A stretch of 64,000 bases of DNA, from positions 94,426,001-94,490,000 of the forward strand of contig OZ024742.1 of assembly GCA_964016885.1 (NCBI GenBank). The letters run 5' to 3'. Position 1 is the first letter of the stretch. The number at the start of each line of letters is the position of its first letter. Below, in pieces: positions 39,699 through 53,311 of this stretch. Source of the DNA: Eledone cirrhosa. Lineage: Eukaryota. The position numbers and the translations under genes are program-made. Under the pieces are notes generated by a model. It did no database searches. It had not been told where the DNA came from and was given only the letters and a program-made list of their open reading frames with translations.

Positions 39699-39702
<4 letters not shown>
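39281..39702. mobile_element. Spacerless 342-bp palindrome (39281-39622) plus tail, in (TA)n
   Basis: Centre CACGTG at 39449-39454; arms appear identical. Confidence 0.9.
39481..39571 (+). ncRNA. Hammerhead-like motif with 61-nt stem II and atypical CTGAAAGA core (mirrored on the left arm)
   Basis: cgtgt CTGAAAGA [61 nt] GAAA c attt g TA acacg. Confidence 0.55.
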
Positions 39703-39757
<55 letters not shown>

Positions 39758-42040
39758 GACCATAGTACCCTTTACTTATGAAAGTAGAGTATAACTATTA
39801 TAAGGAAATTCCTTATAAAAAGATAGTTCGTCCCCTATACTTGTTACACAATTGTTGTTATATGTATTTTGATGGTCAATGTTATGTAACATATATATCC
39901 TCATCAGACAGCTATTATGCGAATAGAAAGTTACATGAATAAAATGACATGAAGAAAAATACAAAATACCCAGTTATCATTCAGAGATATTCCACGGGCA
40001 GTTTATTGGTTTTGTTCTCCCAACGCCCAGCTGATATATTAATTAATACGAACAACCCAACAGCACCATGATAAAGGATGTAAGCAATACCTAGTTATTG
40101 GTTGAAGACATTTCCAATCTTAAATCCTCCTAACTTTCTAGAATACCCCAGTGGCACCAAGGTCTGAGATCGTTTATTCACTTTGGTATCAGGTCAGTTG
40201 GGCTTTACATGATGGCCAGCCTTTGATTGCAGTGTTGGGGAACGATGAAGGTAACTATTCCTACAACAACAGTCAAAGTGGCAAAACCAACAGAGGAATA
40301 GGAAGATGCAGGGAACAGTATTAATGGCTGTAGCAGCTTTAGAAGTAGGTATGGCACAATCATTATAGCTAGTATATAATATATAATAGGGGGATAAATA
40401 TAAATGAAAATCAAGGTTGAAAATAAAATAAAACAGAATTAAGGTTGAAAATAAAATGAAGGCCAATAAATTAATAAATCATAAAAATACATACAGAAAA
40501 CACATAAAAAGAAGGCAATATAGAAAGACGAAATACGAAAAGGTTAATGATGAAGTATAAATATAAAGGCAGAAGAGATGAGCAATCAAAAATCAAAAAC
40601 AAGTAAAAGTGAGAGATGAGAAAAAAACACATATACAATTATCCCAACGCCTAATATATATCACAAAATTAATGGTCGTAGAGAGATAATAAATAAATAT
40701 GTTAAAACATAATGTAGCACAGTAAAAGCTCCTAAATGCAGGGAGAAAAAAAAGGATTCTAAGTATTATTAAACTTAATGAAATGTAGTTAGTAAGAAAG
40801 TTTCGCTGAACATCTGCAAGACATCTGGGTCAGCAACATGATCTCGATGGTCCGCCATTTTTGCAATTCCAGTCATTAAACAAGTCAACTTACTGCAACA
40901 GACCCCCAAACATGCACTGCCATGTAGGTGTACAGCTAATTGACTTCATTATTTTGGCAAGCACACGAAAGCAGAACTGGTTAATGAAAACTATCTTATT
41001 TCTTCCCTCTGTTGTTTTGCAGGACAATGTCCACTGAAGTTCTCCATGCCGGTTCAGGATTGACTGTTGAAATATACACGTTTTTACGTAATTGTTACTA
41101 GCAGTCTGGAGTTTGGTAAAGTAGTTGTAGTTTGGGTAAATATCAAATTTTTGAAAGCCTTTGTTGACTGGCTCGATTATCAATTATTTGAAGTCAGCTG
41201 TATTAATTTTTGTTTGTGGGACATATCAAGAATTAGATGTCTTTATCTGATGATTTGATGGTGGTTAAGTCAATGATCATATTAATGTTTGTTGATAACC
41301 CTAAGTATTGTTACCAATACTCAACTGATTCAGTAGGGATATGTTCTGTCCTGGGTTAATTCCAGTTAGCATTGAGTGAGACGGTGTGTGACATGATGTT
41401 GCAGTACCTTGCATGTGAGAAGCACCTCGTCGCATTGTGATTTCATGAATTTCTTAATATATATATTTGTATATATTGAAATAAAGAGTAACAATTTTCA
41501 TCGTATTTTGATTACATAAAATAGTGTAATAAAACGTCATATGAACACGCATAACGGAAAACACGGGCATTAACACACGTGTGAATCGAACTAACACCTC
41601 TTATTGTCCGGTTTAGTGTGCTAGACGAATTGCACCAACATGCCGACCCAATGAAAGATTCTCATTCTATTTTCAAAATGTTCAATCCTCTCTTACATAT
41701 GCTTACATATATACTGCTATTAACTTCACACACACACACCCACCCATACACATAAACACATACATAAATCTATACACAAGTTAACAGCTGTCAATTAATT
41801 GGTGAGTGATTCCCCTCTTGAGTGATCTAAGGTCTCTCTAATGGCAGGATATTTTAGTATTTATTGCTGCTGCTGAGTTGCGCTACTGTATGCAGATCAA
41901 CGCAAATAGGCCATGCCTGAATTGCTATATTTTTATATTGCTTCACATGAAAGGAATCACTGGCTAAAAGACTTTATGTCTTCTGATCATTCTTTGGCTT
42001 TACTCACATAGTCAACCATGGACACACACTGCATAAAAGT

Positions 42041-42103
<63 letters not shown>

Positions 42104-42330
42104 CTATATATATATATTTATATATATACATATATATATATCTATATATATATATTTATATATATACATACATATATATCTATATATCTATATATTTATA
42201 TCTATACATATATATATATATACATATATATATTTATATCTATACATATATACATATATCTATACATATATATATATATTTATATATATATTTATATCTA
42301 TACATATATATATATATACATATATATATA

Positions 42331-42372
<42 letters not shown>

Positions 42373-42418
42373 CATATATATGTATCTATATATATATATT
42401 TATATATATATATATATA

Positions 42419-42463
<45 letters not shown>

Positions 42464-42489
42464 CTATACATATATATCTATATATATAC

Positions 42490-42583
<94 letters not shown>

Positions 42584-42756
42584 AAAGTAAAGAAGATCGC
42601 TGGTATAAATACACCGCTCTCCGGCCAGCGTCTAGCTCACTCAGTGAATTTGGCAAGTTGCAATTATGCAGCTGCAATCTACTGTTCAGAGTGCACACAT
42701 TTAGTTTACTGTAGACGGTTGGCTGTGTATAGTAAGAGATTGGTGTAAATGTCTCT

Positions 42757-42882
42757 TTCCTGAACGATCGTTTCTGTGAAATATAACTTTACAACTGCAG
42801 ATTTAACTTCTGCAATGTTCAGAAAATCACGTAAAATCAACGGATATTTGCGTAATCGGGCTATTACAATCATCAGTAGGAA
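42757..42882 (-). ncRNA. Hammerhead-like motif with 95-nt stem II inside an unclassified insertion (about 42578-43025)
   Basis: Minus strand: ttccta CTGATGA t tgt..[95 nt]..aca GAAA cgatcg TT caggaa. Confidence 0.6.
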
Positions 42883-43210
42883 TTGCGCAATATTATACGA
42901 TATATTCTGTGCGGTGTGAGCTAGCATTCACTACTGGATAAACTATCCAGCAGTCCAGGCAGACCCACTCCACCTTTAATGAAAAGAGGAAGAATTTCTC
43001 ACAGACCATAACACGTGATTTTAGTAGTTGAATATGTATACATATATATTAGGATGTATAATAACACACACACACACACGCATACCCACGTGCACAAATG
43101 TAGCTCTTTATACAAAATGTTTTTTTTCCATTTCAGGTAGATGCATACACACACATACACACACACATACATACATATTTATAAATATATATATATATTT
43201 ATATATATAC

Positions 43211-43248
<38 letters not shown>

Positions 43249-43264
43249 GTATATATATATATAC

Positions 43265-43315
<51 letters not shown>

Positions 43316-43342
43316 TATATACATATGTATATATATATATAC

Positions 43343-43378
<36 letters not shown>

Positions 43379-43394
43379 GTATATATATATATAC

Positions 43395-43436
<42 letters not shown>

Positions 43437-43462
43437 GTATATATTTATATATATATATATAC

Positions 43463-43542
<80 letters not shown>

Positions 43543-43543
43543 G

Positions 43544-43575
<32 letters not shown>

Positions 43576-43582
43576 TATATAC

Positions 43583-43619
<37 letters not shown>

Positions 43620-43620
43620 C

Positions 43621-43738
<118 letters not shown>

Positions 43739-43760
43739 GTATATATATATATATATATAC

Positions 43761-43813
<53 letters not shown>

Positions 43814-43866
43814 TGTATATACATATGTATATATATATATATATACATATGTATATATATATATAT

Positions 43867-44704
43867 ATAGAAAGATTTGAATGGATACAGTTTAGTTGAA
43901 AGGAATTTATTGACACGTGTTTCTATAACAGTTACATAACCTAAAACAGCTATCTACAAACTTTTAGTTATGCAGACATTCAATATTTCAATGTTATTAT
44001 TTACTGTCATTTCATCAGAATAATATTACTGAGGACCTATTTAGTTTTTATAGAGAATATTAGGAGGGAGGGGTGAAGTTGTTAGAAGAATAGTTGAAGG
44101 AGTGGTTTTTCGATAGCAGTGAGAATTCTTGGTGGCAGTGAGTAATTAGATTCCCATCTGTTGTTTTGACATTTTTTATAGAATATATTATTGGTTATTT
44201 TTCTAAATCTATAGAAGGATTAGAGATATCTTTACTATCTCTAATCCTTCTATAGATTTAGAAAAATAACCAATAATATATTCTATAAAAAATGTCAAAA
44301 CAACAGATGGGAATCTAATTACTCACTGCCACCAAGAATTCTCACTGCTATCGAAAAACCACTCCTTCAACTATTCTTCTAACAACTTCACCCCTCCCTC
44401 CTAATATTCTCTATAAAAACTAAATAGGTCCTCAGTAATATTATTCTGATGAAATGACAGTAAATAATAACATTGAAATATTGAATGTCTGCATAACTAA
44501 AAGTTTGTAGATAGCTGTTTTAGGTTATGTAACTGTTATAGAAACACGTGTCAATAAATTCCTTTCAACTAAACTGTATCCATTCAAATCTTTCTATTTT
44601 TCTCCGGATTACTTTTGGAACTACAACTGGAACCGTCGAGCAAACTCTACGTGAGCTGATAATCTACTGTGTGTAATATTTATATTACATCACAACGGAA
44701 AATA

Positions 44705-44708
<4 letters not shown>
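43867..44708. mobile_element. Fold-back element: 362-bp arms 43867-44228 and 44236-44597, 7-nt spacer, tail 44598-44708
   Basis: Arms appear identical; long TA-rich tracts on both sides. Confidence 0.9.
44441..44557 (+). ncRNA. Type I hammerhead-like motif with 88-nt branched stem II (mirror at 43907-44023, -)
   Basis: ttatt CTGATGA a atgacagt..actgttat a GAAA cacgtg TC aataa; palindromic stem III ACACGTGT, GUC site. Confidence 0.75.
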
Positions 44709-47058
<2,350 letters not shown>

Positions 47059-47059
47059 A

Positions 47060-47472
47060 AAACGTAAGAATATGTGTAATAAGGCCAAGAGAATGCAGAT
47101 ATGGACATAGAAAAAAGAATGCAATAGTGAGAGATATTGATGAGAAATCGTCTTTCACCTTGAATTTATTTAAATGTCTTTAATTTTCGACATATCTCTT
47201 CTTCGGAGGGAAGTAAAAGTCTCAGACCAGCGTCTTAATTAGAAATTTAAGACGCTGGTCTGAGACTTTTACTTCCCTCCGAAGAAGAGATATTATCTCG
47301 AAAATTAAGGACATTTAAATAAATTCAAGGTGAAACACGATTTCTCATCAATATCTCTCACTATTGCATTCTTTTTTCTATGTCCATATCTGCATTGTCT
47401 TGGCCTTATTACACATATTCTAACGTTTATACCTCATTACACAATGCTTCAAGTGAACTATAACCTCCTCCT
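47060..47472. mobile_element. Fold-back element: arms 47060-47238 and 47247-47428, tail to 47472
   Basis: About 180-bp arms with a few mismatches; hammerhead-like cct CCGAAGA a gagat att atctc GAAA at TA agg at 47276-47310. Confidence 0.85.
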
Positions 47473-47997
47473 ATATATATATATATATATATATAAGCAA
47501 TGAGTTATTTTATCTGTTGGTTATTCTACAAACTTAGTTTATAACAAATTAGAGGCACTCTACAATTTTCTTCTGGAGTATAATATCAATAATATTAATA
47601 AATGGTAACTACCTTTATAAAACCATATTTATTTCATATATAACCAAAATTATATATATATATATATAGTAATAATAATAAATGTGAAGACTAAAATCCA
47701 AAGAGGGCTCGATAAAATAAATATATATCAAAGATATAAGAACCCTAGAGCAAATATTTATTAAAATAACAGATTAAAGTTTAAGCAAAGAATCGCTGCT
47801 TTCACCCTTAACGGGATCTTCTGAAACTAAAAAAATCAATCTGTGAACGCAGAAGTAAATATTTCGAAAACGTTGCAACCGATATACGATAGTTTGGTTG
47901 GTGAAGACGTTCCTTGGCAATGAACGGAAAAAGCGGAGATAATACGTCGTTATGTGGAGGATGAGAACAAATACACGCAAGCACAAAACCACTTTTA

Positions 47998-49418
47998 TGG
48001 TATAAATGAAGATGTCTGTCTGTGTGTGTGTATGATTTTTATGCATTTCCACATTTCTCTACCGATTTTGATGATTTTCTTTTCAATGAGCTCCAAATTT
48101 ACCAAAGATGGTCAACGCTTAATAAACTTTGCAAAATATTTCCTGCTTCTATGAAAAAGTCGATAAAACTTAACACATGCTGTAAACCTCTCTCTTACAC
48201 GCTTATTCACTCTCTCTACTACCCAACACCGACAAAACTTCGTTCAGGAACGCGACATAAACTTTGAAACCTAAGCAACACATCATTTTATACAACAACA
48301 AACATAGTCATAACGCTCTATCCGTGGCTCTTCCCCTCTCTATAATTTAACTGCTTTACTCTCTTCCTGCTTTGAGGTTTAACACACCTCCCTATAGTTT
48401 CTTAGCTTTACTCTCTCCGTCGCTCTTCCCTCTCTCTATAATTGATTATTCCCCTCTCTATAATTTAACTGCTTTACTCTCTCTGTCGCTCTTCACTCTC
48501 TATATGACAACACTGTTTTACACACCTCCCTATAGTCTCTTAGCTTTACTCTCTCCATCGCTCTTCCCTCTCTCTATAATAAATTATTCCCCCTCTCTAT
48601 AATTTAACTGCTGGGGGAGACATTGGAGTTCCGTAAAGACATACGGCTTTTCTGGTGTATTTTAAATCGGCTTATTGCAAATAACTACCGCAAAATAACA
48701 CTTCATATAACAGATTAATGCTATAGACATATGAATCGAAATGTTTAATTATTTATTTTTTACGACTTTCATTGGTTAAATATTAATATGACAACACCCA
48801 TAGTGTTGTACTTCTGGCAATTCTGCCGAATACACTGCCAAGGATGAACCTTTTCCCCTCGGCGTCGGATATCCCTTCGATTTCCGGCGATCCAATTCCC
48901 GGTGAGACATGTTTTGCCATGTCCATTATCAAGTCACAAGGGCAAACATTGTCGCTGGCGGGCATCCATTTGGGGTAGCCATGCTTCTCCCATGGCCAAC
49001 TTTATGTTGTCTGTAACCGCGTAGGGAGCAGGAATGTACTGTTTGCTTACACTCCTCAAGGGATGACACGCAATATCGTCTAGAAAGAGGGGCTATAGAT
49101 GTTGGTGCAGGTGTTGGAGGTGTTGGAGCTATGCCGTCTGGAAAACTATTTCCTGGTAGGGTCACCCATGGCGGACAGATCTGACACCCAGCGGCATGAG
49201 GGCCACCATCTTGCAACTTTGGTCTACTAAATTCGCTATTGGAAGATTATTAACCCATCATTGATTGTCCAAAATGATAATTGTTCGTAACTTTTAATAA
49301 CCGGTTCAACTGCTTTATGCACTTAATTGATAAACTTATTCGCTTTCAAGCCATGTTTACCTATATGTAACTTTTCATAGCAAATGAACAAACCTGAGCA
49401 ACGCCGGGCTAAACTGAT
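47998..49418 (+). mobile_element. Non-autonomous Helitron with helicase remnant and internal minisatellite
   Basis: 5'-like tataaatgaagatgtctgtctgtgtg..ccgattttgatg; 3' hairpin cctgagcaacgccggg (49393-49408); internal repeats 48325-48612. Confidence 0.7.
48800..49090 (+). pseudogene. Helitron RepHel PIF1-type helicase C-terminal remnant
   Basis: LPRMNLFPSASDIP..QFPVR..FAMSIIKSQGQTLSLAGIHLG*PCFSHGQLYVVCNRVGS..TRNIV*KE. Confidence 0.85.
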
Positions 49419-49564
49419 ATATATATATATATATATATAAAAATATATAATATATATATATGTATATATATATAATATATATATAATATATATATAAAAG
49501 TATATAATATATATATATGTATATATATATATATAAAAATATATAATATATAAATATGTATATA

Positions 49565-50478
49565 TATATGAAAAAATGGGGAGAAGAATACTGCAGGTTG
49601 CACATGGATAACATGTTATAAAATGAGTCCCTCATCAGTGATTTGCCAACGATCATAGATATTTCATTGCATTAAAAATCATATACCTCACGTTGGTGCA
49701 ATAATAACTAAATTAAGTTATTAGGACAATTAAAACGCGTAAAGCGAGTGAGACAAGTAAACAACAAAGAGGAAAGCTAACCGTAGATAGGAAGGGAACA
49801 TGCTACATAGTTATTCTGTCAGCATGAACTGGGTGAATATATGAGCGCTTAGAAAAAGACCTTTCGAGATGAATCCAAATGTAAGAAAGAAGGAAATTGT
49901 ATTCGTCGCGAACGGGGTGAAGTGAGAAGGGAGAAACAGTGAGTGAGTGAGTGGAAGTGTGAGGAAGAGGTCAGTAGAGAGAAAGTGTTAATTGACATGA
50001 CAGAGGGGGCGAAAGAAAGTAGGAGAAACAGAGAGAACGAGGGAGCAGTAAGAGAGAGAGAGAGAGAAAAACAGAATCACAGTTTAGGTAAATATATGTG
50101 AAAAAATGGGGAGAAGAATACTACAGGTTGCACATGGATAACATGTTATAAAATGAGCCCTTCATCAGTGATTTGCCAACGATCATAGATATTTCGTTGC
50201 ATTAAAAATCATATACCTCACGTTGGTGCAATAATAACTAAATTAAGTTATTAGGACAATTAAAACACGTAAAGCGAGTGAGACAAGTAAACAACAAAGA
50301 GGAAAGCTAACCGTAGATAGGAAGGGAACAAGATACATAGTTATTCTGTCAGCATAAGCTGGGTGAATATATGAGCGCTTAGAAAAAAGACCTTTCGAGA
50401 TGAATCCAAATGTAAGAAAGAAGGAAATTGTATTCGTCGCGAACGGGGTGAAGTGAGAAGGGGAGAAACAGTGAGTGT
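49565..50478. repeat. 1.7 tandem copies of a 530-bp unit between TA-rich tracts
   Basis: aaaaaatggggagaag at 49571 and 50101. Confidence 0.9.
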
Positions 50479-50503
50479 ATATAATATATATATATATATA
50501 TAA

Positions 50504-50553
<50 letters not shown>

Positions 50554-50911
50554 TATAATATATATATATAAATATATAATATATATATATATATATATAT
50601 ACATATGTATATATATTGTATATATATATATAAACACATGTATATATATATATACGTTTCGAGCCACTTTTTTCCATACAAAACAAGTAACATTCAAAGA
50701 CCAACCATATGTGAAAAAAACCACAAACCTCCATCTCAACTCTACTTTTGAAAAGCAGAAGAACTGCGAAACCGGTAAATGAACCAAATAAATATATATA
50801 TTTTTTTTAAAATAAGACTCCAGTTGCATTTTAGATTTCATATTTTTTTCTTTATACATACACTCGTGTAGGACACCTCGGCTATTTTTCAGTTTGTAAA
50901 AAAAAAATCAC

Positions 50912-50959
<48 letters not shown>

Positions 50960-50974
50960 GAAAGACGTAAGTTA

Positions 50975-51018
<44 letters not shown>

Positions 51019-51026
<8 letters not shown>

Positions 51027-51125
51027 GACGTAAGTTAATTTTTATAATTTTCTTATTTTACGTCTTTCATATTATTGTTCTGCATCCCCATGCATTGAAC
51101 GACAAAGTTACTAAGACAAAACCTA
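51019..51125. repeat. Small hairpin plus tail in (TA)n
   Basis: atatgaaagacgtaa..ttacgtctttcatat; left arm also duplicated at about 50957. Confidence 0.6.
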
Positions 51126-51190
51126 TATATTTGCTGGCATAAGTATGCATCTGTATATATATGTTAGTAGATATACTAATTCTTTATATA

Positions 51191-51390
51191 NNNNNNNNNN
51201 NNNNNNNNNNNNNNNNNNNNNNNNNNNNNNNNNNNNNNNNNNNNNNNNNNNNNNNNNNNNNNNNNNNNNNNNNNNNNNNNNNNNNNNNNNNNNNNNNNNN
51301 NNNNNNNNNNNNNNNNNNNNNNNNNNNNNNNNNNNNNNNNNNNNNNNNNNNNNNNNNNNNNNNNNNNNNNNNNNNNNNNNNNNNNNNNNN
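51191..51390. other. Assembly gap (200 N)
   Basis: Run of n. Confidence 1.
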
Positions 51391-51420
51391 TATATAGTAT
51401 ATGTATATATATGTATATGT

Positions 51421-51535
<115 letters not shown>

Positions 51536-52147
51536 TTGTATTATATATTTGTATTATGTATTATATATTTGAAAATTGACCGGTTAATACATTTTTCATA
51601 CATCTATATTATTATATATTTGAAAATTGACCGGTTAATACATTTTTCATACATCTATATTATTATATATTTGAAACCACGTGTTTTCGAACTTGTGAGT
51701 ACATTTTCCTTTAACTACAAATTATTATTATATACTTTCGTCTTTTCATTAATTTCAAATAACCAGAATATACATATATATATATATATATACTCTTATT
51801 TATATATATACGCTTCTCACTCACACACAAGAAAAACAAAAAACAAAAATAAATTTAAAAAAAAAATATATATATTGAAATACTTAACTAAAACACACAC
51901 ACACGAACTTGTGAGTACATTTTCCTTTAACTACAAATTATTATTATATACTTTCGTCTTTTCATTAACTTAATTAATTTCAAATAACCAGAATATACAT
52001 ATATATATATACTCATATTTATATATATACGCTTCTCACTCACACACAAGAAAAACAAAAAACAAAAATAAATCAAAAATAAATTTAAAAAAAAAATATA
52101 TATATATTGAAATACTTAACTAAAACACACACACACTCAAAACTAGA

Positions 52148-53311
52148 ATGGCTAACCAGCAAAAATCCAAACAGAACTGGTCTGATAATGAAATCGACAT
52201 TCTAATAAACACATGGCATTGCCTTTCCCAAACAGAAGATATAGATGCTTCATCTCTGAACGACATTGCTAAACGTACAGTTCAATTTTTGAAAACTCGA
52301 TCTGAACAACAGATTCAAAATAAATTAAAGCAAATCGAAATTGCTTTTAAATTAATCAATAAACATTTGGATAAACTACGGTGTGTTTTCTCTTCGAATG
52401 CTGTCCAGCAGCAGCAACAACAACAACAGCAGCTACAACAGCAACAACAACAACAACAGCAGCTACAACAGCAACAACAACAACATCAACAACAGCTACA
52501 ACAACAACATCAACAACAGCAACAACAACAGTGTGAACCACTCCTTGATTCATCAACAATGGCCGATCTACTAAATGAAACTATTGACCCCCCAGTAGCC
52601 TCTGTCTCACAGCATGAAACGCCACATCCTTTCTCTGGCCCAGCAGTCCAATCATCACCACTGCCAACATCTCTGCCTACTACTACTACTACTACTACAA
52701 CATTTTTGTCTACTGCTATGTCAAGGAATTTACCTTCTAATACCAGAACAAGAACTCTCCCTCCCACAGTCCACAAAGGTCGTCAAATCCTACCCAAACC
52801 ATCATCTACACCTCTCACAACACCCACACCCATATACCCACCCACTCGAAACCCCATCATTTGCCGCTACTCTCTACGCTATAGAATATGTACGGATAGT
52901 GGCTGCAAATTCACCCATTTACCTAGGACAAAACGATCTATCCCCACAAACAGCCACCACCATAATACATACTCTAATTTAACACCAACACAACCACCAA
53001 TAACTCAAACAAGGAATCCACAAATCTGCCGTTTTTCCCTGCGAGACAGATTGTGTTTAGACCGGGATTGTCCCTTTACCCATCTCCCGGGGACCCGTCG
53101 GATAAATGAAAATAAAAGCAAAAACAAAAACCATAACCTACATAAAAATAACCACTACCACAGTCACCAACAGTCTTCTAAACAGGAAACTTCTTCCTCT
53201 TTTTTAGCCATAATGAATCTGGCAAAAGAACTGGAAAAAAACATTCGAGCTATCACCCAGCACCACCCTCCACTATCACCCCACTGCACAAACTCCCATT
53301 GCTGCCATTAA
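52148..53311 (+). CDS. LINE ORF1: Myb/SANT(trihelix)-like N-terminus, polyQ, Pro/Thr-rich region, two CCCH zinc fingers
   Basis: WSDNEIDILINTW..RSEQQIQNKLKQI; CRYSLRYRICTDSGCKFTH and CRFSLRDRLCLDRDCPFTH. Confidence 0.85.
   Translation: MANQQKSKQNWSDNEIDILINTWHCLSQTEDIDASSLNDIAKRTVQFLKTRSEQQIQNKLKQIEIAFKLINKHLDKLRCVFSSNAVQQQQQQQQQLQQQQQQQQQLQQQQQQHQQQLQQQHQQQQQQQCEPLLDSSTMADLLNETIDPPVASVSQHETPHPFSGPAVQSSPLPTSLPTTTTTTTTFLSTAMSRNLPSNTRTRTLPPTVHKGRQILPKPSSTPLTTPTPIYPPTRNPIICRYSLRYRICTDSGCKFTHLPRTKRSIPTNSHHHNTYSNLTPTQPPITQTRNPQICRFSLRDRLCLDRDCPFTHLPGTRRINENKSKNKNHNLHKNNHYHSHQQSSKQETSSSFLAIMNLAKELEKNIRAITQHHPPLSPHCTNSHCCH

Noticed and set aside
39820-39920. Minus-strand CTGATGA with a long hairpin and GAAC
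   Set aside because: Lacks GAAA/UH and a clean stem I; at best a decayed relative of the long-stem-II motifs
40860-41440. Cys-rich remnant on the minus strand, possibly a transposase C-terminus
   Set aside because: Too decayed to assign by eye
41560-41650. tRNA-like sequence on the minus strand (GTTCGATTC box)
   Set aside because: No complete cloverleaf or acceptor stem; probably a tRNA-derived repeat head, not a tRNA gene
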